From contig OZ024742.1 of assembly GCA_964016885.1 (NCBI GenBank), positions 270,506,001 to 270,570,000 on the forward strand: a stretch of 64,000 nucleotides of DNA, written 5' to 3'. The stretch comes from Eledone cirrhosa. Taxonomy: Eukaryota. The notes under the pieces are model-generated. The model ran no database searches. It was given only the letters and a program-made list of their open reading frames with translations, and was not told the DNA's origin. Positions 11,185 to 23,009 of the stretch are shown piece by piece; position 1 is the first letter of the stretch; every line of letters starts with the position of its first letter. The position numbers and the translations under genes were made by a program.

Positions 11185-12670
11185 TGATTATTAAAATTAG
11201 TAATATCATTGTTATTTCATTTGAGTCTCAGTCATTGACGTTATTTAAATGGAAATGTTGTTCAAAGGAACATCAACTGCTACATGCAGCCACTGATATC
11301 CAGGTCGTGTCGAAGGGTTCTTTCTTTTCCCAGCAAGCGCGCCTTTTGAGGTGTTCGAAAAAAAGAGGGCTGGACTAGTGTTCTTTAACCATCCTTGAAA
11401 ACATTTTGCGATAGTATCTAATATCCCTATGACAATCGGAACGACCTTGATCTCACGACAGTCGCAAGTCATTTTTTATTTCTACTTTAAATCCTGGTAG
11501 CGTTTAATTTTCTCTTTCTCCCTTTCTTGCACTTTTGTGTCAAAGTGACAGGGTATACATACAATAAGGCACGATTTATTTTCCTCGTCAAAAACTTTCC
11601 GATCAGCCCTATTGTGTTCTAATTTCTTGTCTGTCTGTATTCTGAAATTCCATAGCATCTTCATTTGAACATTTTCTATCACCGACTTACGCTCACACAA
11701 CTTATCAGAATGTGTTACTTGTTTAGTTTTGCATAAATGCCAGTGAATCCGCTTTCCAACATTTATAATGAGACTGGACTAGGTGTTTACAATCGGATCC
11801 GATGGGAGCCATAATTTCCACCCTCTATCCACAGTGGGCTAAGCCATAATTTCCTCCCTCCCTACACAGAGGGATAACCTCATCCTTGTCAATATTTTGT
11901 TTCATGTAATTCATTCTGAGTGCTTGCTCTTCAGCAGCCAGTAGCATTCCTTCTGTAGCTTGTAAATGTCATCACTTTTAACCAGCTCCATCTCTTCGGA
12001 TTTCTGAATTCCGTTTTCTTAAATGTTATAAAGGTATTTTTCATGAAGGTTGCTCTTCCTTATTATTATTTTTTTTTTTTTGTTTGTCATTTCCTTCTAG
12101 GACATCCCCTGGTCTATTGTGTTCTCCTTCAGTATAAGATTGAGCATCGGCTCCCTACTCTAAGACACATAAATGGGCGGACCGCTCTTCTCCATCTGAA
12201 CTCATTCCTCTATGCTCATAAGATATCTTCCAAATTCAGATTTCTTTAAGTAGAGTCTATCAACATCACTCCTCTTGTGGAACATGCTGTACATAATCAT
12301 TACCTTCCTGATTTTTACTGTCTATTTTTTCTTCAGTAATATCCCATTTGAGAATTCACGCACTCTTCCTAACACGGGAATTTACTGCATTTATGACATA
12401 CCTACTATTTAGATGTGATTTTAGAATATTCCTTACTCTCCTTATGCAATAAGATCTTATCAATACCCTCATTTTATTGTTATTGATGTCATCTGCCAGC
12501 AGAACACCCAAACATTTGTATCCCTCTTCATTGTCAATTTCCTTTATCATCTTAGCCGTTGGTACCAGTATTCCGTTGCTTCCATTCCAGTAGCCCCACT
12601 TCATCACTAGGACTCTACACTTATTAAGACCAAATTCCATCCATATATCATTGCTGAAAATACGGACATA
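11185..12670 (-). mobile_element. Degenerate 5'-truncated R4/Dong-clade element (family of 19230-22830)
   Basis: MEFGLNKCRVLVMK, EGYKCLGVL, LWNFRIQTDKKLEHNRAD, VVPIVIGIL; 3'UTR gactgagactcaaa; (ATT)-like tracts on both sides. Confidence 0.85.
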
Positions 12671-12705
12671 TTATTATCATTATTATTTCAATTATTATTA
12701 TTATA

Positions 12706-12895
12706 GGGCGTTGGATTGGCAGTATCGGTAGAGGGTCGGACGCCATGCTTTCCAGCATAGTTACGTCCCTTTACGATCTGAGTTCAAATCCCACCGAGAT
12801 TGACTTTGCCCTTCATCCTTACGGGGTCGATAAAATAAAGTACCAGTAATGCACTGGGTAATTGCTGGCCTTGTGCCTAAAGTAGAAACAATTTT
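12706..12895 (+). mobile_element. tRNA-derived SINE
   Basis: close copy of 7848-8036. Confidence 0.85.
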
Positions 12896-13003
12896 TATTT
12901 TTATTGCGCATCATTACTGATTTACAGATCACGGCTCTGTGTGCCTTGGTTATGAGCAGTGTAGTTTTTGATGGTGTTGTTTCTATTATTATTATTATTA
13001 TTA

Positions 13004-13461
13004 CTAGCAGAAAAACCACCCTTCGGGTTGTTTTCTGCTAGCGTGTGCAATGTGCATATTGATATTATACGCAAGTATATATGCATGAAGATATGGACAT
13101 CACATAAAATCGTAATTGACTATATAAACAGAAATTGAATGAAGACTGCGTTACACTGTCTTATGTAATCGGTAACGTAATCCATGATACATTAAAAAAA
13201 GACGATATCATATATAAACAACATTAGGAAAAAATTAATGGCGGATGTTTATTTAGGCGATCTCTAACCGGAAGTCTTGATATTTGAAAAGTTTAAAGAA
13301 CTGAATCATAAAATAAGCAACAATATTATTTATATTTAATGAAGAATAACGAAATTTAGTAGATAAATTATGTAATATTCATTCATTATTTATTCAAACG
13401 GGATAGCAAAATTATATATTCTGGACGCAGTCTCGCACTCCTTACTTTATTATAGTTTAGA
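13004..13461 (-). mobile_element. Non-autonomous Helitron
   Basis: minus strand A|TCTAAACTATAATAAAG ... hairpin AACCCGAAGGGTGGTT ... CTAG|T; inserted at an AT dinucleotide, no TSD. Confidence 0.7.
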
Positions 13462-13479
13462 TTGTTAATATTATCATAA

Positions 13480-13641
<162 letters not shown>

Positions 13642-13884
13642 GTATTAATTTAACAATGAAAGTAATAGCAACAATGTCAAGTTACTTAACCTAACTGATC
13701 CATAGCAGTTATATAACTCTATACTATCAGATTTCATATATAGGTTCGATCACTGTTAAAGTAATACCTAATACCAGGCTCTCTATCCAAGGAATTAACT
13801 CATCAGAACACGGAACATTTCTATGGATTTCACTGAATTACCCGCTAATCTACGGTATAGACCCTAACACGAGGGGTAGATCAC

Positions 13885-13923
<39 letters not shown>

Positions 13924-16528
13924 CATAGCATAGTTGAATCGGATATTATTTTATTATTTGTGGAGATGTGTGTGATATAACTTACGTCGCAAAGAATGAT
14001 GTGCAAATAATAACATTTTCATGCAACTATAAACACTAATATTCGAAATTTCATCTCTTCTCTGTACACCAATTTCCATTTTCTTGTTCAAATCTTTTTG
14101 TATTTACACATATATCTAATGTTTGTATCATCGGTATAATGACACATGTTTAATTCTAGAAACTCTTAAACTAAAAGCATTCAAATATGATGATTATCGT
14201 CTTCGTTTAACATCCGGTTTTCCTTTAAGCTACTGTCGGGTGGGTCTACATAGACCAAGAAAGGATGCTGTTGACAACTCACACAGATCTGGTGTCTGAA
14301 TATGGCTTACGTACGTTCTGCAGTTCTACCGAGTGCACACGAGAACTTAGCAAGTCTTTGACACACCTGAACGGTCTTCGCAATCCTTTATTTGAGAAAC
14401 TTTCTACGAATGTATACCTTTCATATCACCAACTCTTTTACAACGCGTATTGGGCACGATTATCTTGTAAATCACCAACACAAGTGAGCCTGCCACTTCT
14501 TTGAAATAACTGAAGTTTCATCCCAGCTCTTTCTATGACAGGTTTTTTATTACAGGATACCCTTGCTTTTACCAACGATTGTATGAAATATATTGGGTGC
14601 AAAACATTCCGATATATATTGTTTTAAATCGTAAAAAAGTTCTTTGTTCCCTATATTCACGAACTTTCGATCAGCACAAAACATTTTTGTATATATTAGC
14701 GAAAATAACTATTGCGTGTCTTAATTATACACAAGGAATTAGACTTTCCACAAATTCCCTAAAAAAAACAAAAGAATAACCAATACAAATGAAATTTAAA
14801 TATATGTAGTCAGATGCTTTGGGAAGAGGGCATTAGTTTTACCCTATAGTGTAGGGTCGCTAATATATATATATAATTGTATAATTCGACTCTTTGATTT
14901 ATATATAGAACTACGTATTAACCAACGAAATGATCAGAAATCAGCATGCTTCACTAAAGCTATCATCGAAAATGCTACTGTAATATTGTTATGTATTGCT
15001 GTAAATAATTCAATTAAACATCCATGTAGAATGGGATCTTTAATGCTAGATGTTTAGGCATAAACACAATGAATCATAGTATCGTTATAATAAAAAATTT
15101 GCTGGCCTTCGGTCGACAGTCTTGCGTAGATCTCGATTGACATGAACAAGAATTATAATAACAATACTACATAGCAAATGAATCTGAAATAAAGAATACA
15201 CGATGATGCAAATTGGAGATTATGTTGGGGTAAGTGAATGCATTTCGTGGATATCAATCGAATAGTTATATTCTTGATATTTAGGAACAGCACTGACAAC
15301 TCTGAGGAGGATGCTAGTAAAATAAGCATCATCCTATTCATTCTCTGGTAGAACAGAACTTATGAAATGATGAATACATTTTAAAACATATTCTGGGTTC
15401 ATGAGTTCCAGTCTTATTCTGGTACACTTGACAATTCAAGTGAACTAACTAAATCTTCGTAATAGATACCAGATGGCACGAAACTATTACATAGGATTAA
15501 ATTTTATTTCATCTTATCTCATAATAATCCGAATATTAAACCAGAGCTACATCATACTTTATTCATGTGTCATGAAATCTTCGCGAGATAACGGCACCTT
15601 AATACTCTGTATAAACGCAGGTGTAACTATTAAGTTACATATAACGGAACAATAAATAATTTAATGCGTTTTCAGAATGAATATTGGGTAATGATTCCTG
15701 CTATATTTTTTAAATACATTTGGTCACATTTCAGAGATGCCATTGCATAAGTCACTCAATAATCTACCAATGCTATTCGACAGACAATACATTTTAGTAA
15801 GTTAGAGCAAGGTCATATACATATATGTTAGTTGATATACATGTTCAATATAAAGTGATTGAGCAATTGCAATTTTCTATCGATCACTTTCTATGTATTG
15901 TGAAATTAATTTATGAAAAGAATAAATGAAATAATTAATTATGTTTGAAAATAGATTTATTCTTGAGATTGATTATTTTCAACATGTCTACCGTCGTCTC
16001 GTATAGAGAAATCTGTGAATATAAGACTTATCTTGCAATTTTGCAATCGTTATGCTTATCTTTAATCAGACCTTGCGGTGTGTTGATCACAACATGATTT
16101 ATATGTTTGCATGAAACCTCAGACTATTCTGAATCTCTGTTTTCAGATAACCATCAATAATGGATATATAAATAAGCGTGCAGTCATGACTATGTTGTTT
16201 AAAGAGTTCGCTTCGCAACCATGTAGTTTGAGATTCAGTACCACACAACAACATGTTGAGATGTGATGAGTACACTAGCCTCAGGATTACAAATGAGTTC
16301 TGATTGGAATTTCGCAAGAGCAACAACTATCCTTGCATGTAATCTAGCGGAACATTATCATATATTCATGTTCATACAGAGAATAAGAGGGCTCACCTGA
16401 AGCTTCAACGTGAAGTTATGGACATCTTCCCTGACCGTGCATAATTGTGTAGAATAAAGGGACAAGGGATCAGGCTGTTCCCCGTTGATTAGGGGCGTTA
16501 TTTCTTCAATGTATAGCCTGAATAAACA

Positions 16529-16559
<31 letters not shown>

Positions 16560-16792
16560 TGCCTGTGTATATGTGACTATGCGCGCGCGTCTGTGTGTGC
16601 GTGTTTCTGTGTCATACTGAGTGCATATGCAGGTGCATATGTAACCTTACCTAGCGGTTCAACATATAAAATTCGATGGAATACATACGAAATCTGAATA
16701 AAATTTGGACTTGGGTCAATATGATCAAATAAATACATTGATGGCAGAGCCCACGCATGGTAGCTGACACCAGTGAAAGAAGGAAAGAAAAC

Positions 16793-16808
16793 TCTACTAC
16801 TACTACTC

Positions 16809-16869
<61 letters not shown>
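16793..16869. repeat. (ACT)n microsatellite
   Basis: direct reading. Confidence 0.95.
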
Positions 16870-17335
16870 ACATTGTTTCATATCCATACTCCACTATGCC
16901 TTTGTTGTGTCTTTGACAATAAAAGCAGATCTGGAAAGAAAAGTACAGGCTATGGAGACGTGATGCTTCAGAAAGCTCCTTGGCATCAGCTGGAGGGACC
17001 GCATCTCCAATAAGGAGGTGGGAAAGTGAATTTGCCAAGCCATCGGACCATTGGAGACCTTCTTATTATTGTAAAAAAAACGCAAATTGAGATGGTATGG
17101 GCTAGTGACAAGATCTTTAGGGCTTGCCAAGACTGTCCTACAGGGAACAATATAAGGAGCGCGGAAGAGAAGCAATCAGAGAAAGCGATAGGAGGACAAC
17201 ATTCCGGAATGGACAGGCAAGTGTCTGTGTGCAACCATGAAGAAGGCTGAGAGGCGAGAGGAATGGAAAAAGCTGGTGACAAGGTCATCTGTGGTGCCCC
17301 AACGGTCCACCAGACTACAGTAAAGATGAGATAAT
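16870..17335 (+). mobile_element. RTE-clade LINE 3' remnant
   Basis: SILHYA...TIKADLERKVQAMET*CFRKLLGISWRDRISNKEV, later AERREEWKKLV; RTE C-terminal pattern. Confidence 0.8.
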
Positions 17336-17344
17336 AAGAACTGG

Positions 17345-18120
17345 GGACCAGCAATTGGTTCTTCGCACTCACCTTTCATTCCAAGACAAATTTGACTCCC
17401 TTCAGTCCTTTCAACCTGGTCCGCTATATAAACTCTTTCGTTATTGCCACCAGTCAGGGGAACATTGCCTGCCTTTCCTGGCCAAATGAAGGTGATTGTT
17501 CCATCTACATATGGATCCGTTCTACAGGCGACAACAGCAATTTGATATGATTTCGCAAGTCTGTAATTCACGGAAAATGGACGAGTGCGTGCAGAACGGT
17601 TTCGTCGCAGTGCGCGGATCTCGGGCAGGTTCACCTGACAGCACCTCTGTGCCTGTAGAATTTATCTCGAACGCACAGTGCCCCTCTGTAGCACTGCCAA
17701 TCATAGGATTTCTGGAAGTTAACCATCGTCTCCGGCTTGACAGTCCTCCGTAGCAGGCTGGTCAGTTCGACCTCGTCACCGCTCAGTGCCTCTCAGAGTT
17801 TGTCGTCGCACTTGCCAACCAATAATACTCTATAGAACTTGAGAGTTGAAGTTGCACTGGCAACAGCCCGCTTGGTAGAGTGCAGTGAGTGAGTGGCAAA
17901 TTTATAGATGCCAGGCACCCGATATTGGTTTCTTCTAGATCCAGGACTGCAGCTCAGTCAATGAGATGAGCTACGCAAAGAACCGTCTGAAGAACGGTGA
18001 CCACATCTGTTCAAAGTTTAGTCAGAATATCTGGAGATGGATCAGACTCAGCGCATGTTTGCGTATCATTTGCCCCGGCATGCTCGCCCGTTGGTACGAC
18101 TCATCATCAAGAAGTTGATG
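17345..18120 (-). mobile_element. Degenerate Tx1 ORF2 C-terminal fragment
   Basis: nucleotide similarity to 29480-30300 (gacgagtgcgtgcagaacggtttcgtcg; ccaggactgcagctc). Confidence 0.8.
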
Positions 18121-18149
18121 ATGAGTCGTACCAATTCGGAGAGCTGCAA

Positions 18150-18760
18150 AATGAATACATTGGGTAAGTGTAAGCATCTTCACCTGCCCCATCGAAAGAA
18201 TTGGTGGGAGCATCAACCACCACCTGTACTTGAAAAATATCACATCTCAATCTTGTGAAACTTTAGCATCCAAACAGACCGAAACAAAGATGCAAATAGA
18301 CTTGATATAATACTGAAGAAATTTAAAAAGAGGGTATGCCTGTTAATTGATATGTCCGTTCTAATAGACAAGAATGTATCTATAAAAAGATTTGAAAAAT
18401 TGAGCAAGTATAAAGACCTGCAGAGACAGATTGGAAAAATGTGGAAGTTGAGAACTAAAACAATACCAGTGGTTGTAGGCGCTCAAGGAATAATACCTAA
18501 GTGATCTAATGATTACTTATCCAAAATCCCGCGTATAGAAGAAATACAAAATATAGTACTAATGGGAACTGCCCATATACTAAGGAAGATTCTGTCAATA
18601 TAAGGACACCTCTAATCTAAACACCTAAAGATGCATCTGTGTGTATGTATGTTCTTTCTTGAACATGGTGGACCTTGTTGTCTCTTGAGGTCATTCGTTG
18701 TGATTTGATGATAACTAGTATGAAAATAAAGCAATATAAATGAAATAATAATAATAATAA
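18150..18760 (+). mobile_element. R4/Dong-clade family 2, 3' fragment with (AAT)n tail
   Basis: close to 27790-28395 (KNWWEHQPPPVLE, TKTIPVVVG); ends (AAT)n. Confidence 0.85.
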
Positions 18761-18799
18761 CAACTTCAACACCATCATCACTACAGTACTACGATCACA

Positions 18800-18941
18800 T
18801 CACCACCAACACTGCCTTATTATCGCTACCGCCGCTATTCTCTCCCACTACCTCCTGCTAAGTACTACTAGCCCATCACCACCACCACCACTGCCTCATT
18901 ATCGCTACCGCCGCTATTCTCTCCCACCACCTCCTGCTAAG
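18800..18941. repeat. Two-copy ~79-bp tandem duplication
   Basis: cactgcct(t/c)attatcgctaccgccgctattctctcccac(t/c)acctcctgctaag occurs twice. Confidence 0.85.
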
Positions 18942-19229
18942 ACATGCATCGTAGTACCCCCACTAAAAGAGGAAGGCATCAAAAGATATAAATAGACTGA
19001 TTTGATGACCCGGTCAAAAAATCAAAAAAACAAAAATCAAAATCAAAACAGCTCAGCAACAAGGAAAATCGTAAAGAAAAGAAAAATGAAAAGAAAAACA
19101 AACAGACAGACAGAGAAGGAGAAAACAAAAAAAACTAAGTCAGACATTCAAACATTACATTACAATGAAATTTATGCTTATTCTTTTTGGGTTTTTATTT
19201 ACATGTTTGTTTGTTTGTTTATTTATGTT

Positions 19230-22200
19230 CGTCTACAGCGTGATAGTGTCACACTAAAATCACCGGGGGTGATGAAATCATCGGTGTTTATGTAACCATA
19301 CTTTCACCAATTCTCGATAAGAGCGTTTAAATGTCGAAACTAAACAGTTCGAATAACGGTGAAGTGGAGACTGGAATGTCATGTGACAGACTCTCACACA
19401 GCAGGTGCTCCCTGGCTCAGCAGCATGGACCTGGCTGTGAACCAAATACTGCTGGTGTCGGAGGAAGAAGAAGAAGGAAAGTGACCAGAACCAACTGGAC
19501 GAAAGAATTGAATAGAACTGTTATGCAATGTTACCTGAAGTGTAACCCCAAGGAGAAAGGCTATAGGAAACGGATGCATAACATCTGGAACGAGATTGGT
19601 CTATTTAAATTAGATGAACAAAAATTGGCCGGGCAAGCTCGGGTAATAAGAACTAATGGATGGATAAGCGAGCTGGAACTGGAGGAACTGAGCAGAGTGA
19701 TTAGGTTGGAAATTGAGAGTGGAGTATGCCAGGCAAACGAGCCAGTGGGAAATGAAGGTGAAGAGGTTGAGAGAACGGAGGAACCATCCGAAGTAGACAA
19801 TGATCTGAATGCTGAAATAAATAATACCTGGAACAAAGATACGGCCATTGAGGAGATGAATGCTGACGGGCTAGGACAAGATTTGGTTGATATCCTAAAC
19901 TTAGTGGTAGATGAATTGAACAATGGTAGTGGGAAGCATATGAATCTAAGATGTGTAGACAGGAAAAAGTTAAACGAAACAACAGCTAAGGTAAACAAAG
20001 TCATCCCATACCTTGAGGCGAGGAGCCTTCACCAGTGCAACAATATCCTCAAAGCAACAGTAAATGCGGTGAGGAAATTACTTGGCATAAAAGCGAGAAG
20101 AAACAACAAACAAGATAGATCAGAACCTTGGTGGAAGAAACGACTGAATGGTCAAATCAGGGAAATGAGAAATGACATTGGAAAGCTTGAGTCCCTACTG
20201 AATGGGACACTAAAAAACATAGACACTAAAATAGACTGGAAATAAAGTACAAAACTAGGAGGGAAAAGCTAAATATTATCATAGAGGAACTGAAGCAACG
20301 CATTGTAGCAAAGTGTGCAACAATTAGGCGATACGAGAGCAGAGTCAGTCAGTATAGACAGAACCGCATGTTTGACAACAACCAGAAGATGTTGTTTGGA
20401 CAGCTTGAAGGGAAAGAAAGAGGCAACGACTTTATCCATGAGGCGGAACAAACTCAGACATTCTGGAGAGGAATATGGGAGCAGGATGTTAAACATAATG
20501 ACCAGGCAGTGTGCATTGAGACAGTACAAAGGATATTAGTGAACAGGCACACCAACAAACTGATTTGAGTGTCACAGTTGAAACTCTTAAGGGGCAGGAC
20601 AAAAAACTAACCAACTGGAAATCAACAGGCCCAGATGGTGTGCAGGGGTATTGGATTAAAAATATAACATCCCTCCACCCGAAACTGACAACCATGTTCA
20701 ATGACTGCTTGATGTCAGGTGAGGTACCAGAGTGGTTGACAAAAGGTACCACAGTTCTGGTAATGAAAGACCGAATTAAGGGTAATGATGTTACCAACTA
20801 TAGACCTATCACATGTCTGTCCGTAATGTGGAAACTGTTGACAAGTATTATGTCTGAGGAAATCTACCATCACCTCCACACAAACAACTTGTTACCGGAC
20901 GAACAGAAAGGATGCCGAAAGAAGTCCCGTGGTACAAAGGACCAGTTACTTATTGATAAGATGGTAATGATGAATTGCAAGAGGAGACACACTGGTCTTT
21001 CCATGGGATGGATAGACTACAAAAAGGCATTTGACATGGTGCCTCATTCTTGGATCACCAATAGCCTAGAGATCTTCAAGGTAGCAGATAACATCAGAGT
21101 GTTGTTGGGCAAAAGTATGAAGTCCTGGAAAACAGAGTTAACATCAGCTGGAGAATCCTTGGGAGGCGTGAAGATCAAGAGAGGTATCTTCCAGGGAGAT
21201 AGTCTGTCCCCTCTGTTGTTTGTCCTTGCCCTGTTGCCCCTGACCATTATACTGTAAAAGGTGAGAGCAGGATACAAGTTGGGAAAGGAAGAGCTTACCA
21301 TCAATCACCTCCTCTTCATGGACGATCTTAAGCTCTTCGGGAAGAGTGAGAAGGAGTTAGATGTGCTTGTTGACACTGTCCGTATTTTCAGCAATGATAT
21401 ATGTATGCAATTTGGTATTAGTAAGTGTGGAGTCCTTGTGATGAAGTAGGGTAAATTGAGCAGAAGCAACGGAATCCACGTACCAACAGGTGAGATGATA
21501 AAGGAAATTGACGCTGAAGAAGGATACAAGTATTTGGGTGTTCTGGAGGCTGATGACATCAAGAACAAAAAAATGAAGGAATTGTTAAGATCTGAATACA
21601 TTCGGAGAGTAAGGAGCGTATTAAAGTCACACCTGAACAGTTGGTATGCCATAAATGCAGTAAATTCCCGAGCTTTGTCTATTATTAGGTACAGTGCGGG
21701 AATTCTGAGATGGAATGTTGCTGAACAAAAAGAAATGGATAGGAAAACTAGGAAGCTATTGACTATCTACAACATGTTCCACAAGAGGAATGATGTCGAT
21801 AGACTCTAATTAAGGAGATCTGAAGGTGGAAGAGGTCTTATCAGCATAGAGGACTGTGTTCAGATGGAGAAAAACAACCTACACAAATACGTGACTGATA
21901 GTAAGGAGCCAATGCTCAGAATTGTACTGAAGGAGAGGACAATAGACCAGGGGATATCCAAGGAGGAAATAACAACGAGGAGAAAGTGCAGCCTTCATGA
22001 AAAATCCCTTCATAGTACCTTCTTTGAGAAAACTGAATTCAGAGATCCACAGACATGGAACTAGTTGAAAAGAGGAGACCTTAAAAAGGCTACAGAAGGA
22101 ATGCTAATGGCTGCGCAAGAGCAGGCCCTCAAAACGAAGTGGTTGAAACACCATATTTACAAGGAGGAGGCTAGCCCACTGTGCAGGATCTGTGGAGATA

Positions 22201-22832
22201 GAGAGGAGACTGTGGCTCACATTGTATCCGAGTGTAAGCACCTAGCCCAGACTCACTATACGGGCTGGAGACATGATGTGATGGGCAGGGTGATCCACTG
22301 GCACCTATGCAAAGTAAACAATTTACTACATTCTGAGAAGTGGTATGAGCATAAGCCAGAGTCGGTGAGAGAAAACGATCAGGTGAAGGTGCTGTGGGAT
22401 TTTAGGATACAGACGGACAAGAAACTGGATCACAATAGACCTGACCTGGTGGTTTTGGACAAGGAAAAAAGATCGTGCCTGATTGTGGATGTGGCCTACC
22501 CATTCGACACGAGAGAGCAAGAGAAGGAGAGGGAGAAAATTAACCGATATCAGGACTTAAAGTGGGAGGTAAAAAGGATTTGGAACTGTCATGGAGTCAA
22601 AGTGGTCCCGATTGTCATAGGCGCACTAGGTACTATCTCAAAAAGTTTCCAGGGATGGTTAAAGAAAATTGGCCCCGCCACGCATTTTAGAACGCTTCAA
22701 AAGGCATGCTTGCTGGGAACAGCAAGAACCCTCCGATACGTCCTGAATATCTGAGGCTGCAGTTGGGTGGCTTGATATTCATTTCAACAATCATTCCAGT
22801 TAACTAACATCAATGACTGAGACTCAAAGAAC

Positions 22833-22866
<34 letters not shown>
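19230..22866 (+). mobile_element. Near full-length R4/Dong-clade non-LTR retrotransposon (single ORF RT-CCHC-RLE), disrupted, with (AAT)n tail
   Basis: N-terminal RTNWTKELN...GYRKRM...EQKLAGQ motif; RT YRPITCL, DYKKAFD, GIFQGDSLSP, FMDDLKL; CRIC...H...C...RHD; RPDLVV..DVAYP..K..Y; frameshift near 20245 and stops at 21257, 21449, 21809, 22064; 5' boundary uncertain. Confidence 0.9.
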
Positions 22867-23009
22867 GGCATGCTTGCTGGGAACAGCAAGAACACTCCGA
22901 TACGTCCTGAACATCTGCGGCTGCAGGTAGTGGCTTGATATTCATTTCAACAAACTTTCCAGTTAACTAACATCAATGACCGAGACTCAAATAACAATAA
23001 TAATAATGA
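22867..23009 (+). mobile_element. ~130-bp 5'-truncated copy of the same Dong family inserted in the (AAT)n tail
   Basis: repeats 22703-22835 with several substitutions and has its own (AAT)n tail. Confidence 0.85.

Noticed and set aside
15200-15350. Strong GTAAGT donor with a short intron-like segment
   Set aside because: All frames close quickly; no homology recognised
19370-19460. HDV-like ribozyme at the Dong 5' end
   Set aside because: Some helices visible, but P1/P1.1 could not be assigned by eye
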